Source of the DNA: Octopus bimaculoides
Taxonomy: Eukaryota
Length of the DNA stretch: 56,047 bases
Direction: 5' to 3'
Assembly: GCF_001194135.2 (NCBI RefSeq)
Contig: NC_068985.1
Span: forward strand, 125,691,102 to 125,747,148
Positions within the stretch are counted from its first letter, which is position 1. Every line of letters starts with the position of its first letter. Below, in pieces: positions 1 through 12,469 of the stretch. A model generated the notes under the pieces. The model saw only the letters and a program-made list of their open reading frames with translations, did not search any database and was not told the DNA's origin. A program made the position numbers and the translations under genes.

Positions 1-705
1 GTTGGTGTTATTGTTGTTGGTGTTGGTGCTAGTGCTTATAGTGATGGGATTAAACTTCATGTCATGGATGATCTACAATTCATATCATTAAATGTAATCC
101 AGTCATCTCATTATCTAATGTGCCTTTTGCATCATTAGAGAGGGATTTGAGGAAGATCCAGTTACCATTACTAGCAGATCAAAGAACCATATAAAATAGT
201 GCTTCTGAAAACGATTACCTACTTTCTTTTACTAACACCATTTCAACGCTTCCGTGTTACGATTCAACAGACTTTAATACACCACAAAAATAACAGTACT
301 ACTGATAGGTTGATCATCATTAAAAGACAACTAGTATACACTATTTCTTGCAGCCAGAATTATGGTGATATCAAACTTAGATAATGTAGAATATTTTCTT
401 AGCATATATGAGGTCCTTATTTAGCAGAACAGAATTTATAGTAATATAATAGCTGTTTGGATTTAGTATATTTTCTATCCTTCAAATTTTTGAACCAGTC
501 AATAACTTCGACTGTATCTGACCATAAAATCTAATTTTAGATTTTAACGTAGATAATACAGTATTATTTCCTTTGCTAATCCTGCCTATGCCTGATTCGG
601 GCAGGCATATTAATCCATCAGTGGGCTTACATATGAAAGTATTTCTGAAGATTAAAGCAATTATAACATGCATCTATCACCCACTAACGCTCTGTTTGTC
701 TGCAG

Positions 706-841
706 TACCCATAGAAAAACCTCCGACGTCCCACTCCTCCTAGAGAGTGGCAAAGTCAACATGGAGAATGGTTTAGATAATCTCCCTAGATGTTTTGTTT
801 GTGGTGGTGTTGCTAATAGTGGCTTTATTAAAAGCTGATGC
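706..841 (+). CDS. Candidate spliced exon of an unidentified host gene; the only long open frame ends in TGA 3 nt before the donor
   Basis: Branch point CACTAAC (682-688), pyrimidine tract and CAG acceptor (703-705), GTGAGT donor (842-847). The phase-2 frame reads THRKTSDVPLLLESGKVNMENGLDNLPRCFVCGGVANSGFIKS*; the other two frames close early. No homolog recognised. Confidence 0.45.
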
Positions 842-1114
842 GTGAGTGACTCGAAGGTGTACCAATATCGTTGCTAGAGACATTCCAACTAGAAACATTG
901 GTGTGCTTGTCTTTTTTTTTTTGCATAGTTCACTTCACTTACGATGGCATTTTGTGCTCTCTCTCGTTAGCTTTGATGTAAAATTTTCATATATATACGT
1001 GCACACACGAGACACACATATACACAAAGACACATACACACACAGACACACACACAGACACACACAACACAAACTCATACACACGCACCCCTCCCCACAC
1101 ACATCATTCATAGT

Positions 1115-1327
1115 GTACTTGTTTCGGTCATTAAACTGTGGTCATTCTGGGGCACCGTCTTGAAGAATTTTAGAAGACTGTTTTAAAGAATTTTGGCTTG
1201 GTACTTAATCTATAGGTCTCTTTTTCCGAACCGCTAAATTACGGGTACGAAAACACAACCAACACCGGTTATTAAGCGACAATAGGAAACAAACACGCAC
1301 ACATACACATACTTACACACACACACA

Positions 1328-1385
<58 letters not shown>

Positions 1386-1661
1386 CATACATATTATATA
1401 TNNNNNNNNNNNNNNNNNNNNNNNNNNNNNNNNNNNNNNNNNNNNNNNNNNNNNNNNNNNNNNNNNNNNNNNNNNNNNNNNNNNNNNNNNNNNNNNNNNN
1501 NNNNNNNNNNNNNNNNNNNNNNNNNNNNNNNNNNNNNNNNNNNNNNNNNNNNNNNNNNNNNNNNNNNNNNNNNNNNNNNNNNNNNNNNNNNNNNNNNNNN
1601 NNNNNNNNNNNNNNNNNNNNNNNNNNNNNNNNNNNNNNNNNNNNNNNNNNNNNNNNNNNNN

Positions 1662-1694
<33 letters not shown>

Positions 1695-1815
1695 ACGGGC
1701 TTCTTTCAGTTTCCGTCTAGCAACTTCACTCACATGGCTTCGGTCAACCAGAGGCTATAGTAGAAGACACTTGCCAAAGATACCGCAAACTTGTTGCCAC
1801 ACAGTCATGCCTATG
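1115..1815 (-). mobile_element. tRNA-derived CORE-type SINE, family A (internal microsatellite, spans a gap)
   Basis: Matches the copies at 17779 and 31320: head and CORE segment (caagtgtcttctactatagcc) at 1690-1815, and 3' half (gtttcggtcattaaactgtggtcat...) at 1115-1290. Confidence 0.85.
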
Positions 1816-2914
1816 TATTTTTGTGCATGTATGTGTACTGGGATCGCTGTTGTCGACTTGATCGCTCCCCTGAATTTGATGGCCTTGTGCCACAATATGA
1901 AATCAATATTTCTATAAATTCCTGTATTCATTTTCAAACTGTCTTCTCGAATAATAAAGTAGTGTTGAAGAGGTATTTTCGTTTCTCTTGTTTTCGTTGT
2001 ATATATTTATTTATCTATCTATCTATTTATTTATATATTCAAATGTGTCATTCCACTTCAACGCTGTATATATTCGCATCTATTTCGTTTAATACGCTAG
2101 CAGTATCATTTATACCAGTATGAATAGATCATTTTGCTGAAAAATATAATAGATCACCATTGTTTAACCTTTGTCCCATAACCAATAAAACTCCGTGTCT
2201 GGGTGGTGTCACACTCCTCTTGCTCATTCTTTCCCCCTCCTTCTCTTCTCTTCTCTCTCCCTTTCTATCACTGTTTATTCCACCTACATATCCTATACAG
2301 ATGTTCCGATTTCGTTTGACTCTTAATGTGTGTGATTGTATGTGAGTTTAAGTGTATGAGTATGTGTGGGCACGTGGTATCTGTATTTGGTGTTTCTGTG
2401 TGGTATGAGCAGCTGTTAGCAATTAACTAATTATATTCATATTAAAAACAAAGATGAATTACTGACTTCTTCACTGCTTCAGTGCTCATTTTCAATCCGT
2501 CACTCCCAGAGTAAAATATCCAGATATTGATCTGTCTATCGATCCGTCCGTCTGCCTGTCTATGTTTCTGTTTGACTCGACTCTGTGTGTGTGTGTGTGT
2601 GTTAATATGTGTGTATGTTAATGTGTGTGCGCGTATACATTATGGATTAAAGCAACCAATGGTTTCGTGCGAAATGATCTTCACAATTGGTCAAACGTTC
2701 CATATGAAAGTGTTGATACTCATCTCCATTCTGGATGAGAATAAGCGAGGTTACAAAACCCTGAACGAAGTTTCAAAATAAAACACACATCACGGGAGGT
2801 TACTTATATAAATATGTTAAATGGGTTTCTCTTTGAAAACGACGTATGAGTGTTCAGAAATGAGAACAGAAGCAACTCCCACGAACTTGAACTAATAATA
2901 TAATATAGTAAGAC

Positions 2915-3128
2915 ATCTAGCTGACAGAATTGTTAGCACGCCAGGCAAAATGCTTAGCACTAGTTCGTCCGTCTTTATGCTATGTGTTCAAATACCACCG
3001 AGGTCGACTTTGACTTTCAGCATTTCGGAGTCGATAAAATAAGTACCAGTTGAGCACTAGGGTTGACATAATCATCTTACTCCCTGCTCCGAAATTGCTG
3101 GTCCTGTGCCAAAATTTGAAACCAATAA
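2915..3128 (+). mobile_element. tRNA-derived SINE, family B (Meta/Nin-like central domain)
   Basis: agctgacagaattgttagcacgcc head, B-box gtgttcaaatacc, central gaggtcgactttg...gtcgataaaataagtaccagttgagcact; more than 10 related copies in the window. Superfamily name is from memory. Confidence 0.85.
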
Positions 3129-3443
3129 TATAATATTTTGTAATATATTAAATGAGAAACAAATGTGACTAATGACATTCCATATGAAACATATATTTAT
3201 TACCCTTAAGCTACACCATTGATTTGAGTATCTAACGTTCGCTTTCTCTGATGAAAAACACTAACTTTCATTGAGTTTCAACAGGAAAGAAAAGTAATGG
3301 ATACATATGTAGTGTGAAGTAGGCGTATTGGCATATTTATGATGTTAAATAACTATGATAAAAAGTGTTCGCGTCTGTTTAAAGTACCAAAGCAAAGGGC
3401 AGGCCTTAGCGAGAATAAGGTTTAAGTAGTTTAAATCCATCTT

Positions 3444-3506
<63 letters not shown>

Positions 3507-3507
<1 letters not shown>

Positions 3508-4270
3508 GGGTACCCAAAAGAAACCGTAATTTTGAAATGTTATTTCATTGTCTTAGTTTTACACGTTTACTCTTTTGTCGTCTTCGAAGTAGTCTTCAAT
3601 TAAAGCAATGTATCTATCCAGATGCGTTTTCCACTGTTCGAAGCAGTGCTGGAACTCTTGCGATGCATTTCAATACCACCGTCGTTTTTTTTTTTCTTTA
3701 CCTCTTCCGCATCAACAAATTTCGTAACACCAGCGATGACCATCGAAATAGGGTCCGGATCAACTTCCAACCGTTCTTTCAGTTCACGGTACGCATTCAG
3801 TCGTGACTACTTTTGATCTTCAGCGAGCTAGAGAGGCACACATTTTGCTGCAACTTGTTTTCATTCGCAATTCTTCGCTCAACATTCGTTGGCAGTAGCT
3901 CCAGGACACACCAATCATATCAACAAGATTGTCAATTGTTAAGTGACGGTTCGAGAGGTCGATGGCCGTCCTGAGCAAGGTTGGGCCTCAAGCGTCAAGT
4001 GACTACTCCAAAACGTGAAAACCACTCGTAGACTTCTGTTTTGCCCGTGGCAGCGTCCTTGTCAGGCATTTGAAGCATGACAACTGCTTCGGCAGCTATT
4101 TTCCTCAGCAGAAAACAGAATTTCACGGAAGCATCGGCAAAGTCGACGAACAGGTGAGAAGCACTGCAAAACATTGACGCACCACGTGGCAGTACGACTC
4201 AACCCAACCTAATGACGCCGGTCGGTAGACTGATGCGTAAGGGTTGCATCAAGTGGCCTCGAAGTACAAT
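3507..4270 (-). pseudogene. Internally deleted mariner transposon (non-autonomous)
   Basis: TA then cgggtacccaaaagaaacc terminus. The minus strand gives SVKFCFLLRKIAAEAVVMLQ..KTEVYEWFSRF, SGRPSTSRT, LTIDNLVDMIGVSWSYCQRMLSEELRMK and C-terminal EFQHCFEQWKTHLDRYIA, with frameshifts; the catalytic core is missing. The right boundary is approximate. Confidence 0.9.
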
Positions 4271-4421
4271 GGGCTTGTCTCACAGACAATGTTTCCAGTT
4301 ACTTTTAGTTACTCCTCGTATATATGTGAGTGTGTGTGTGTGTGTGTATGTACACACACACATATATTCATATATATATATATATATATATTCATATATG
4401 TATATATGTTGTATATATATA

Positions 4422-4458
<37 letters not shown>

Positions 4459-4715
4459 NNNNNNNNNNNNNNNNNNNNNNNNNNNNNNNNNNNNNNNNNN
4501 NNNNNNNNNNNNNNNNNNNNNNNNNNNNNNNNNNNNNNNNNNNNNNNNNNNNNNNNNNNNNNNNNNNNNNNNNNNNNNNNNNNNNNNNNNNNNNNNNNNN
4601 NNNNNNNNNNNNNNNNNNNNNNNNNNNGTGTGTGTGTGTGTGTGTATGTACACACACACATATATTCATATATATATATATATGCATGTATGTATGTATG
4701 CATTGCTTTCATCAA

Positions 4716-5110
4716 TTACTTGTTTCAGTCATTTGCTGCGGTCATCCGAGGGCACCGCCTTGAAGTATTTTAGTCGGACAAATTGACCTCAGAACGTAAT
4801 ATGATTTCAGCCTGGTACTTATTCGGTCGGTGTCCTTTTGACGAACACCTAAGTTACAGAGATGTAAAAAAATATATTACACCGTTTGTCAAGAAGTGAT
4901 GGGGGACACAAAGCCGAAGACATACATACACGCTTATATATATATACGTGTATGTGTACGACGGGCACCTTCAGTTTCGGCCTAACGTATCCAAACACAA
5001 GGATTTCGTCAGTTTGAAGCTATAGCCAAGACACTTGCCAAAGGTGCTGTACAGTGAAATTGAATCCGGAAGTAAGTGGTTGGGAAGCAAACTTGTTACC
5101 ACACAGCCAG
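4716..5110 (-). mobile_element. CORE-type SINE, family A, older copy
   Basis: ttacttgtttcagtcatttgctgcgg... through ...gcaaacttgttaccacacagcc; colinear with the 31320-31820 copy. Confidence 0.85.
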
Positions 5111-5817
5111 ATATATGTTGATAGAGAGAGGTAATGAATTAACTGGGATAGTGAGAAGTTTGCAATGAAAAAGTGATACGGTGTTTATACCAAACTATAA
5201 TCCGCCTCTACTTAACTTAGCTTCACCACTTAACATTCATTAATTTACATGTCTAAACAAGATTTGTAACTCTTGTTATCTCGAATTCCGAAAAGAAAAA
5301 AGTGAGAAAAAAATTCATAGTAATCCCAAATATTAGTAGATGTTTGTTTGAAATACATAGTGTGATCTTTGTCTTGAACTCTAATTAGTTCCAGGTTGTC
5401 ATTTATTATAGTTTGTTCTGATCTCTGATAACATTCCCTGCTCCTCCTATCTATCTATGTATCTATGTATCTATCTATCTATATATATATATATATATNN
5501 NNNNNNNNNNNNNNNNNNNNNNNNNNNNNNNNNNNNNNNNNNNNNNNNNNNNNNNNNNNNNNNNNNNNNNNNNNNNNNNNNNNNNNNNNNNNNNNNNNNN
5601 NNNNNNNNNNNNNNNNNNNNNNNNNNNNNNNNNNNNNNNNNNNNNNNNNNNNNNNNNNNNNNNNNNNNNNNNNNNNNNNNNNNNNNNNNNNNNNNNNNNN
5701 NNNNNNNNNNNNNNNNNNNNNNNNNNNNNNNNNNNNNNNNNNNNNNNNNNNNNNNNNNNNNNNNNNNNNNNNNNNNNNNNNNNNNNNNNNNNNNNNNNNN
5801 NNNNNNNNNNNNNNNNN

Positions 5818-5833
5818 CAAGATAGATAGACAA

Positions 5834-5879
<46 letters not shown>

Positions 5880-5893
5880 GGATGGATTAATAA

Positions 5894-5933
<40 letters not shown>

Positions 5934-5960
5934 TAGTAGTAGTATTAGTAGTAGTAGTAT
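5818..5960. repeat. (GATA)n then (GTA)n microsatellite
   Basis: Direct reading. Confidence 0.95.
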
Positions 5961-6150
5961 GTGGTCATGCGCTGTAACAGTTCGGGATTGCTTCCTCCAT
6001 TCGCCTCTCCTAGCGGATGACACCTTTGCACCACTCAGGCGACAACCGTACAACTGTTTGGGTAGTCTTTGCTGGTGAGGGTTTTACGAAGTTGGAGTGC
6101 AAATACTACCACGTACTCTCTCATTCACCTTTTACGATGCGCAGAAGAAA
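5960..6150 (-). pseudogene. Possible RTE-type LINE 3' remnant
   Basis: The minus frame reads QRLPKQLYGCRLSGAKVSSARRGEWRK, resembling the RLPKQLLYG..G.R..GRP..W C-terminal motif of RTE ORFs, and is followed by an (ACT)n tail. Weak. Confidence 0.3.
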
Positions 6151-6342
6151 CATTGGTTTAATATATATATATATGTATGTATGTATGTATATTATAAGCA
6201 TGTTTTCTACTTGCCTCAGTAGATTAAAACAAGGAATATTTAAAATAAGCGCAGGCGTGACTGTGTGGTAATAAGCTTGCTTCCCAATGACATGGTTCCG
6301 GGTTCAGTCCCACTGCGTGGCAACTTGGGCAAGTTTCTTCTA

Positions 6343-7216
6343 GAAGGTATCCCAAAAGACACTGAGGGGTTTCAATTTTTAATAACTTCCTTAACTTTAC
6401 AAATAAATGCATGAAATTTTGATACAATATAAAGGACATAAAGGAAATTAATATGCCCAAGTCAAACTTTGCAACACCACTACGTCACATATGAAAAATG
6501 ACATCACTTAAATGGCAGTCATTTTCGGTTTCGCACGCCCGTGCTCTTTCTGAAATTTACACCATAACACCTTCAAGAGTTTCAAACTACACTTCTCTGA
6601 TTTCTCTATTAATGTTCTCCTTGAGTCGGACCAGGGTCTCCGATTTGTTGACGTAAACACTATCTTTCAAGTATCCATGATTGAGACCTTTTTTGCGCTC
6701 GGTCATTCAAAGTAGACCTCACAAATGGTTCCGGCAAGATGGGGCAACTTCTCATACTCCAAGAGAAACAATGCCATTGCCACGGCAGTGCTTTGTAGAG
6801 AGAATAATATCCCGCTATGGCAATGTCAACTGGCCTTCAAGTTCCCCAGACTTGAGTAACCTGGTTTCTTCTTGTGGGAAAACCTGAAAGAGATGGTTTA
6901 CGTCAACATACCAGAGACCCTGGTGCAACTGAATGAGAACGTCAATAAAGAAATCAGAGAAGTGAAGTCTGGAACTCTTCAGAGTGTTATGGGGCAAGCT
7001 TTGGAAAGAGCACGGGCGTACGAAGCCGAAAATGGCTATCAGTTTTCATATGTGATGTCATTTTTCATATGTGATATAGTGGTGTTGCAAAATTTGACTT
7101 GTGCATATTAATTTCCATTGTGTCCTTTATATTGTATCAAAATTTCATGCATTTATTTGTAAAGTTAAGGAAATTAATAAAAATTGAAGCCCATCAGTGA
7201 CTTTTGGGACACGCTA
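6343..7216. mobile_element. Fold-back non-autonomous Tc1/mariner element, DD41D (rosa-type), TA target duplication
   Basis: Inverted repeats of about 335 bp (6343-6677 vs about 6875-7216), with TA on both sides. The core encodes WFRQDGATSH...WPSSSPDLSNL[D lost by 1-nt deletion]FFLWENLKEMVY; 41 residues lie between the second and third catalytic positions. Confidence 0.9.
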
Positions 7217-7372
7217 TAATATAGCATCGGACCGACCAAAACCTTGTCAGTAGATTTGGTAGACGGAAACTAGAAGAAGCCACTCGTAAATATATATATG
7301 CCTTTGTGTCTGTGTTTGTCCCCGCCACTACCGCTTGACCCCGATTCGACAAAAAAATCGATAGAATAAATA

Positions 7373-7629
7373 AAATAACTATTTCCTTCTCGAGCCAAGT
7401 CAAGCTCATGAGGGCCGGCTTCCCAGTTTCAATAGCATATAGATTCCCCATCTGGACGGGACGCCGGTCCGTTGCAGGATTACTCATTTTTGCCACCTGA
7501 GTGGTTTGGAGCAACATGAAATGAAGTGTCTTGCTCAAGAACATAACGCATCACCTGGTCCATGAATCGAAACCACAATCTTACGATCAGAAGTCCAATA
7601 CCCTAACCACTAAGCCTCACACCTCCACT
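7373..7629 (-). mobile_element. tRNA-CORE SINE with V-domain-like 3' part, 13-bp TSD
   Basis: The minus strand shows ggcttagtggttaggg (A box), ggtttcgattc (B box), CORE gagcaagacacttcatttcatgttgctcc and cctgcaacggaccggcgtcccgtccag. TSD gatagaataaata at 7360-7372 and 7630-7642. Confidence 0.85.
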
Positions 7630-7849
7630 GATAGAATAAATACCAGGCTTTAAAAAATAAGCACTGAAATCGTTTGAGTACGCTGCAGTATTTGTTCCGG
7701 TTTTGTATGCATTTATTTCAAATCCCACCATGCCCTACTTTGGTAGTAGACTTAATCCGTCGTTGACTCAACATGTCCACATGACACTGGGGTTTCCTTT
7801 AATAGATTCTGCTCTGTTGCAAGCATTCAGAGCAGCTTTCTCTCCCTCA

Positions 7850-7880
<31 letters not shown>

Positions 7881-8165
7881 CCACACTCTTCTCTTCCTCG
7901 CACTCTTCTCTCTGTATTACCATTGTAGCTTTCTCTCTCTGAAACTATGTAAAGAATAATAGACCCTACATTTCTTTCTGACAAAAAGATTTTAAAATAC
8001 TTCGCCGTATTTGTTTCGGCTCTTTACGCTCTAAGATTAAACCCTGTCGAGGTTAACTTTACTGTGCAACGTCAGTAAGTATTGCGCTCGATTTGAATTA
8101 CTGCTGACCTGTCAAACTCAAATCCTCATTCAACCGTAGGACTTTGATGACGGTTGACTTCTTAG

Positions 8166-8340
8166 TCATCAAATCAACAGTCTATCTATAACTCACTCTA
8201 CTACTGCCGACAGGAATTTTGCAAGGCGAAACAAGACTAATTATGGATCCCATCACGATTCACGGAGAAGGAGGAGATCCTCTCAAAATGGCAGATTTCA
8301 CGTTCAAATGGATCTTCAATCTTCAGTTAAGCTTTTTTGA
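8166..8340 (+). CDS. Candidate terminal coding exon
   Basis: Open frame HQINSLSITHSTTADRNFARRNKTNYGSHHDSRRRRRSSQNGRFHVQMDLQSSVKLF* after the acceptor cttcttag; AT-rich UTR-like sequence follows, with AATAAA at 8413. A second overlapping frame (GILQGETRL...) is also open. No homolog recognised. Confidence 0.25.
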
Positions 8341-11190
8341 TAAAAATAATTTTATGACGTGAAATTTTAAAGTTTGTATTTTTTATCCTTCTTTACAGAA
8401 AAATATAGTTTTAATAAAACATGAAGAAAATTAAGAACTTTTAGTGTATGACTATGAAATTATAACTGAAGATTATTACTAATCTCAAGCTACCAGAACA
8501 TGGTGACCGGTAAACTGTCATAAAGGCTTTATTCCCTGTGATCAAGAATGACCAAATAACAATATACTTTACATAAAACAATGATAGGCCTAATGATAAG
8601 CCTAGACTTTCTAGCTTTGCAAAATAACAAAATCAGCTTTTTTTTTTCTTTTTGCTTTTTTTGAAACGTTCCATTCAGTGATCAGTCTTGCTAAATCAAG
8701 TTGAGTAGAAACAAAACAATGTTGAGTTTACTAAAAGGTTCTTCTGCTGATGTAGCTGGAATTTTCGACAATACTTTTTAGCTAACATAAATATTTGGAG
8801 ATATTTCACTAAGTTTGTAGTCAGTTAATAAATTTAGCAAATATAAAACTTTTAGTTCCAGTTTTCCAAAATATTCTGTATCTAATGATGATAAATGTTG
8901 CTTTTCTGTCGTAAAATCTTCATAATTAAAGTTACTAGGATATTACGTGCTCTTTCGCTTTATATTCTGGTTTACTTTCACTCATCGAGTGATATTTCTA
9001 CAAGAAATTTTAAAAAGTCGGCAACAATACAGTATAATCGATCAAAGTATAAAATAGATTTTCTTAAGTAGGCCTCGTCTGGCCGCGAATCATCTATGCT
9101 GGTCATTACCCACCAGGCCGGCATCCAGTATTCTGTCGCAATTCAGTCTTCTCATTATCCAGCGCCCATGGCAGAGTTCAATTTCAATCTCAAGATTATT
9201 ATCCTTCTGTATACGCTACTTGAACTGATTTTTTCCGTATCTTCGTTATGTACTGTCTAGCATTATTAAACGTCCACTTTCTAATGCTAATATATTGTTA
9301 ATAAGATTAGGTAAAAGTTTACATGGGTACGATCCGATTAAGGAGATATATGAATATGAATGAAGGGAACGCCGTTATTGCTATAGCTATAACAACTTTT
9401 TTAACCCAAAGCACAGAATTCATTAAGCTCTGAGCGTCCTTAAAAAATTAAAATAAATATAATAAACCATACAAAATCATTTTCATCTTCATCATAACTC
9501 GGATAGACTGTTTTACTTTTTCTTTCTTTCCAGACTCCAGATCAATGTACCATTGGAACAAGCTCTTATAGGCTATGGGGACCACTACACACACGCACGC
9601 ACACATTTTAACACCCGTACACATCCTATCATTCACTAACATATACACAAGTTGTTTAAAAAGTAGACAACATTAAAAGGGAGAACGATAAAGAAAAGGA
9701 GTACATTTTAATCTAGCAGGTATTAGCAATTTGCCGACCGTCTACAAAACACATAAATGCAACCCAAAAGAGAGTTTACTGCTGCATGCATACAAACGCT
9801 CAAGGCCATCTGACTGATTAGCAAAACTTCACTTTACACTTCGCTACAACCAATAATCCAATAGTGTTTTGTTTAACATTAGTTCTTTACCATTGCTATG
9901 AAGGTTCTTCATTATGTTAACTAAAAAACGGTTTACTACAACCGTTCCATTCCACCCAGTACACCACACCGTTATTCTTTCTGGCAGTGCCGTCTAAAAG
10001 CATGTGCACAATGTGTTGTTGTCCGGGGTCTTCACATGTATAGGGCCCAATTCTGAGCTAAGCATGCTATGGTTTGCTGTCAATAAATAAATACTGAAAG
10101 GTCCAGTGCATTGATTAGCCTGGGGGATTATGATGCTGCTAAGACGACCTTGCTTTCAGATTCGCGATTTCGATTCACTGGTAGCTTTACATATTCTTTT
10201 CTTTTTCTGTTAGGAATTCACCTTTCACCAGTTCAATAGATGTCTGTCATAGATGCAAGTGGCTTCATTTCAATGGATGGCAAAAGGAGTTTGTGGTCGC
10301 TTCATGTTTACCGCTGGCTGCAACCGGAAATTACATCTAGTTTGCTTGAAACTTCATTTTGTTTGGTATCCTCCAGAAAATCAAAATCAATTGCCCACAT
10401 CTGGTCAACTCATCAATCTTCATAAATTCTGTCAGCGTTTTTGTTCATTGTCGCGCTAATTCAAGCTTATCTATCAGTCTGATTTTCAATTGTAGCCCTC
10501 TGTAAATATTATTCTTTATTCCCTCAATCATTTCATAAGTGATAGAAAAAGAAAAAGGACAAGAAAGCCATTTTTTTTTGTTAGGATTACTAACACACGT
10601 TAAAGATAACGCTCGTTTTAATCATTTAAAGAGCAATAAATATAATCTGAGGAAGTTGTAAATTTTCCATGTTCCGGCAGAGGAAACTAAACACCTCATC
10701 TCACAGCGGTAGCTGTAAATAGGCGCGGTAAAGATGTAGTGTTGGTTAGAGGTGGTGGTGGGGGATTACTTTATAATTGACAACTGTTTCTTTGGCTACT
10801 AGAGCTGGGGTGAATTCTCATCTGAGGATATTGATAAAGGCAACTTGAAACTACTCCAGCATTCCCTCTTCAACCTCTACACGCACTATTGCCTTACGGG
10901 TTACGTCGTATTACTTACATTTATCAGGTATAGAAGATGCTATATATAGTGAAAACAATAATCTCTTTTATTCATAAACTTAACCTTTCTTGTTATGTCT
11001 GTCTTTCTTCCTTTCCTTCTTCCCTTTTCTGACTTTTTCTTTCTTCCTCTCTTCTTTCTTTCTTTCTTTCTCCTCATTTTCTTTTCTTGCTTTGTTCGTC
11101 GTTTTCGAATCTCATGAAAATTTATGATCGGTATTTACTCCAAGTTTCTTTGACACTAACTGAGATTGCGATACGTCGTCGTCATCGTTG

Positions 11191-11224
<34 letters not shown>

Positions 11225-12194
11225 ATAGTTGCCATTTTGACTCTCGAATACACACAATTAATTTTTAAGCTGAGTGGACTGATGCAATGTGAAGTGAAGT
11301 GCCTTGCTCTAGAAAATCGAACCCACGGCCTTACTAACACGAATCCCTCGGTTATGTACCTTCGCAAAGGATTCATCCAAGAGATAAGCCTCCTTTCCGT
11401 GGGATAAGACGCAGGTATATCATAGGTTGCTTTTACAAGTGGAGAATAAGTTACAGCACTGCAACAACTGACTCGTCAAAGCCTCAATGCTACCACTGCC
11501 TACAACAGTGAGTCATATTATCCTGCAGCAACTCCCTAGGTTTGATGAAGCCTTTCAAAATCAGATGACAAATACAAGCTACAGACATCTCAACTGATTG
11601 TCCGATACAATTTCCAGGCTCTTCACACCCCTCACCAACGAATCGGTATAATTTTTTTTTATACAATTTATTTGAAATACAAGATCGAGTCTGGACGTTA
11701 ATACTATCACTTCTTGTTTGATATTTGTTTCCTTGAATTGTAAAACAGCTTCGTGTTGTGTGTGTGTACGTGTGTGTGTATGTGTGTGCGTGCGTGTGTG
11801 TATGTGTGTGCGTGTGCGCGTGTGTTTTACCGATATTTGTATTAATTCCTTTTTTTAATATTTTTTTATGTCTTATAACAGCAAATATTTTACAGTCATA
11901 GTCTACTGGGATGAAATCACCCTACCTCTTTACATTCGTTATGTATAAATATAGTCTTTTATTTTTATAATTTTCTTTTTACTAGAGATAAGTGTTGTAC
12001 AATTGACACCCGAGGTACAAGGTAATTTGCGGCATTTAAATGTTATTTACCTTATGTTTTGCACAGACCTGAAATTGAGAAAATTACGTACTGCCAAGAA
12101 CTATGGTTAATTTTATCGAATAGTCTCTCCCCGAAATTGTGTCTACGTACGTAAATTATTAGTATTATAAAGGCTAAAAATCGACATAATTGTT

Positions 12195-12370
12195 GAGCGT
12201 CAAACAAAATGCTTTGCAGTTTTTATTCAGTTATTTACATTCTGTATTCAAATCCCGCCGAGGACAACGATACCTTTCATTATTCCCGGGTCGATAAAAG
12301 AAAGTACCTGTCAAGTACCGGAGTTTATTTAATTGAACAAACTTTCCCCCAGATTCCAGGTCTTGTGAAA
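12195..12370 (+). mobile_element. Family B SINE, degraded
   Basis: ttctgtattcaaatcccgccgagg...gggtcgataaaagaaagtacc. Confidence 0.7.
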
Positions 12371-12469
12371 TTTTTCTCGACTCCTTATATTCCGAGTTTA
12401 AGTAATGCGGTCGACTCAATCGCTTAACACCGCTTTCCCACAAATTGATGGCATCATGCCAAGATTAGA

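Larger units (their letters stand above)
6250..7690 (+). mobile_element. Family A SINE split by two nested insertions
   Basis: Head 6250-6342 ends ...gtttcttcta; it resumes at 7217 (taatatagcatcggaccgacc) up to 7372, and again at 7630 (gatagaataaataccaggc). Confidence 0.85.

Noticed and set aside
4327-4690. Same gtgt..atgtacacacacacatatattcatata block on both sides of a gap
   Set aside because: Most likely overlapping contig ends, i.e. an assembly artefact rather than a real duplication.
10214-10460. Good acceptor (ttttctgttag) followed by short ORFs
   Set aside because: All three frames stop before a convincing donor, and no motif is recognised.
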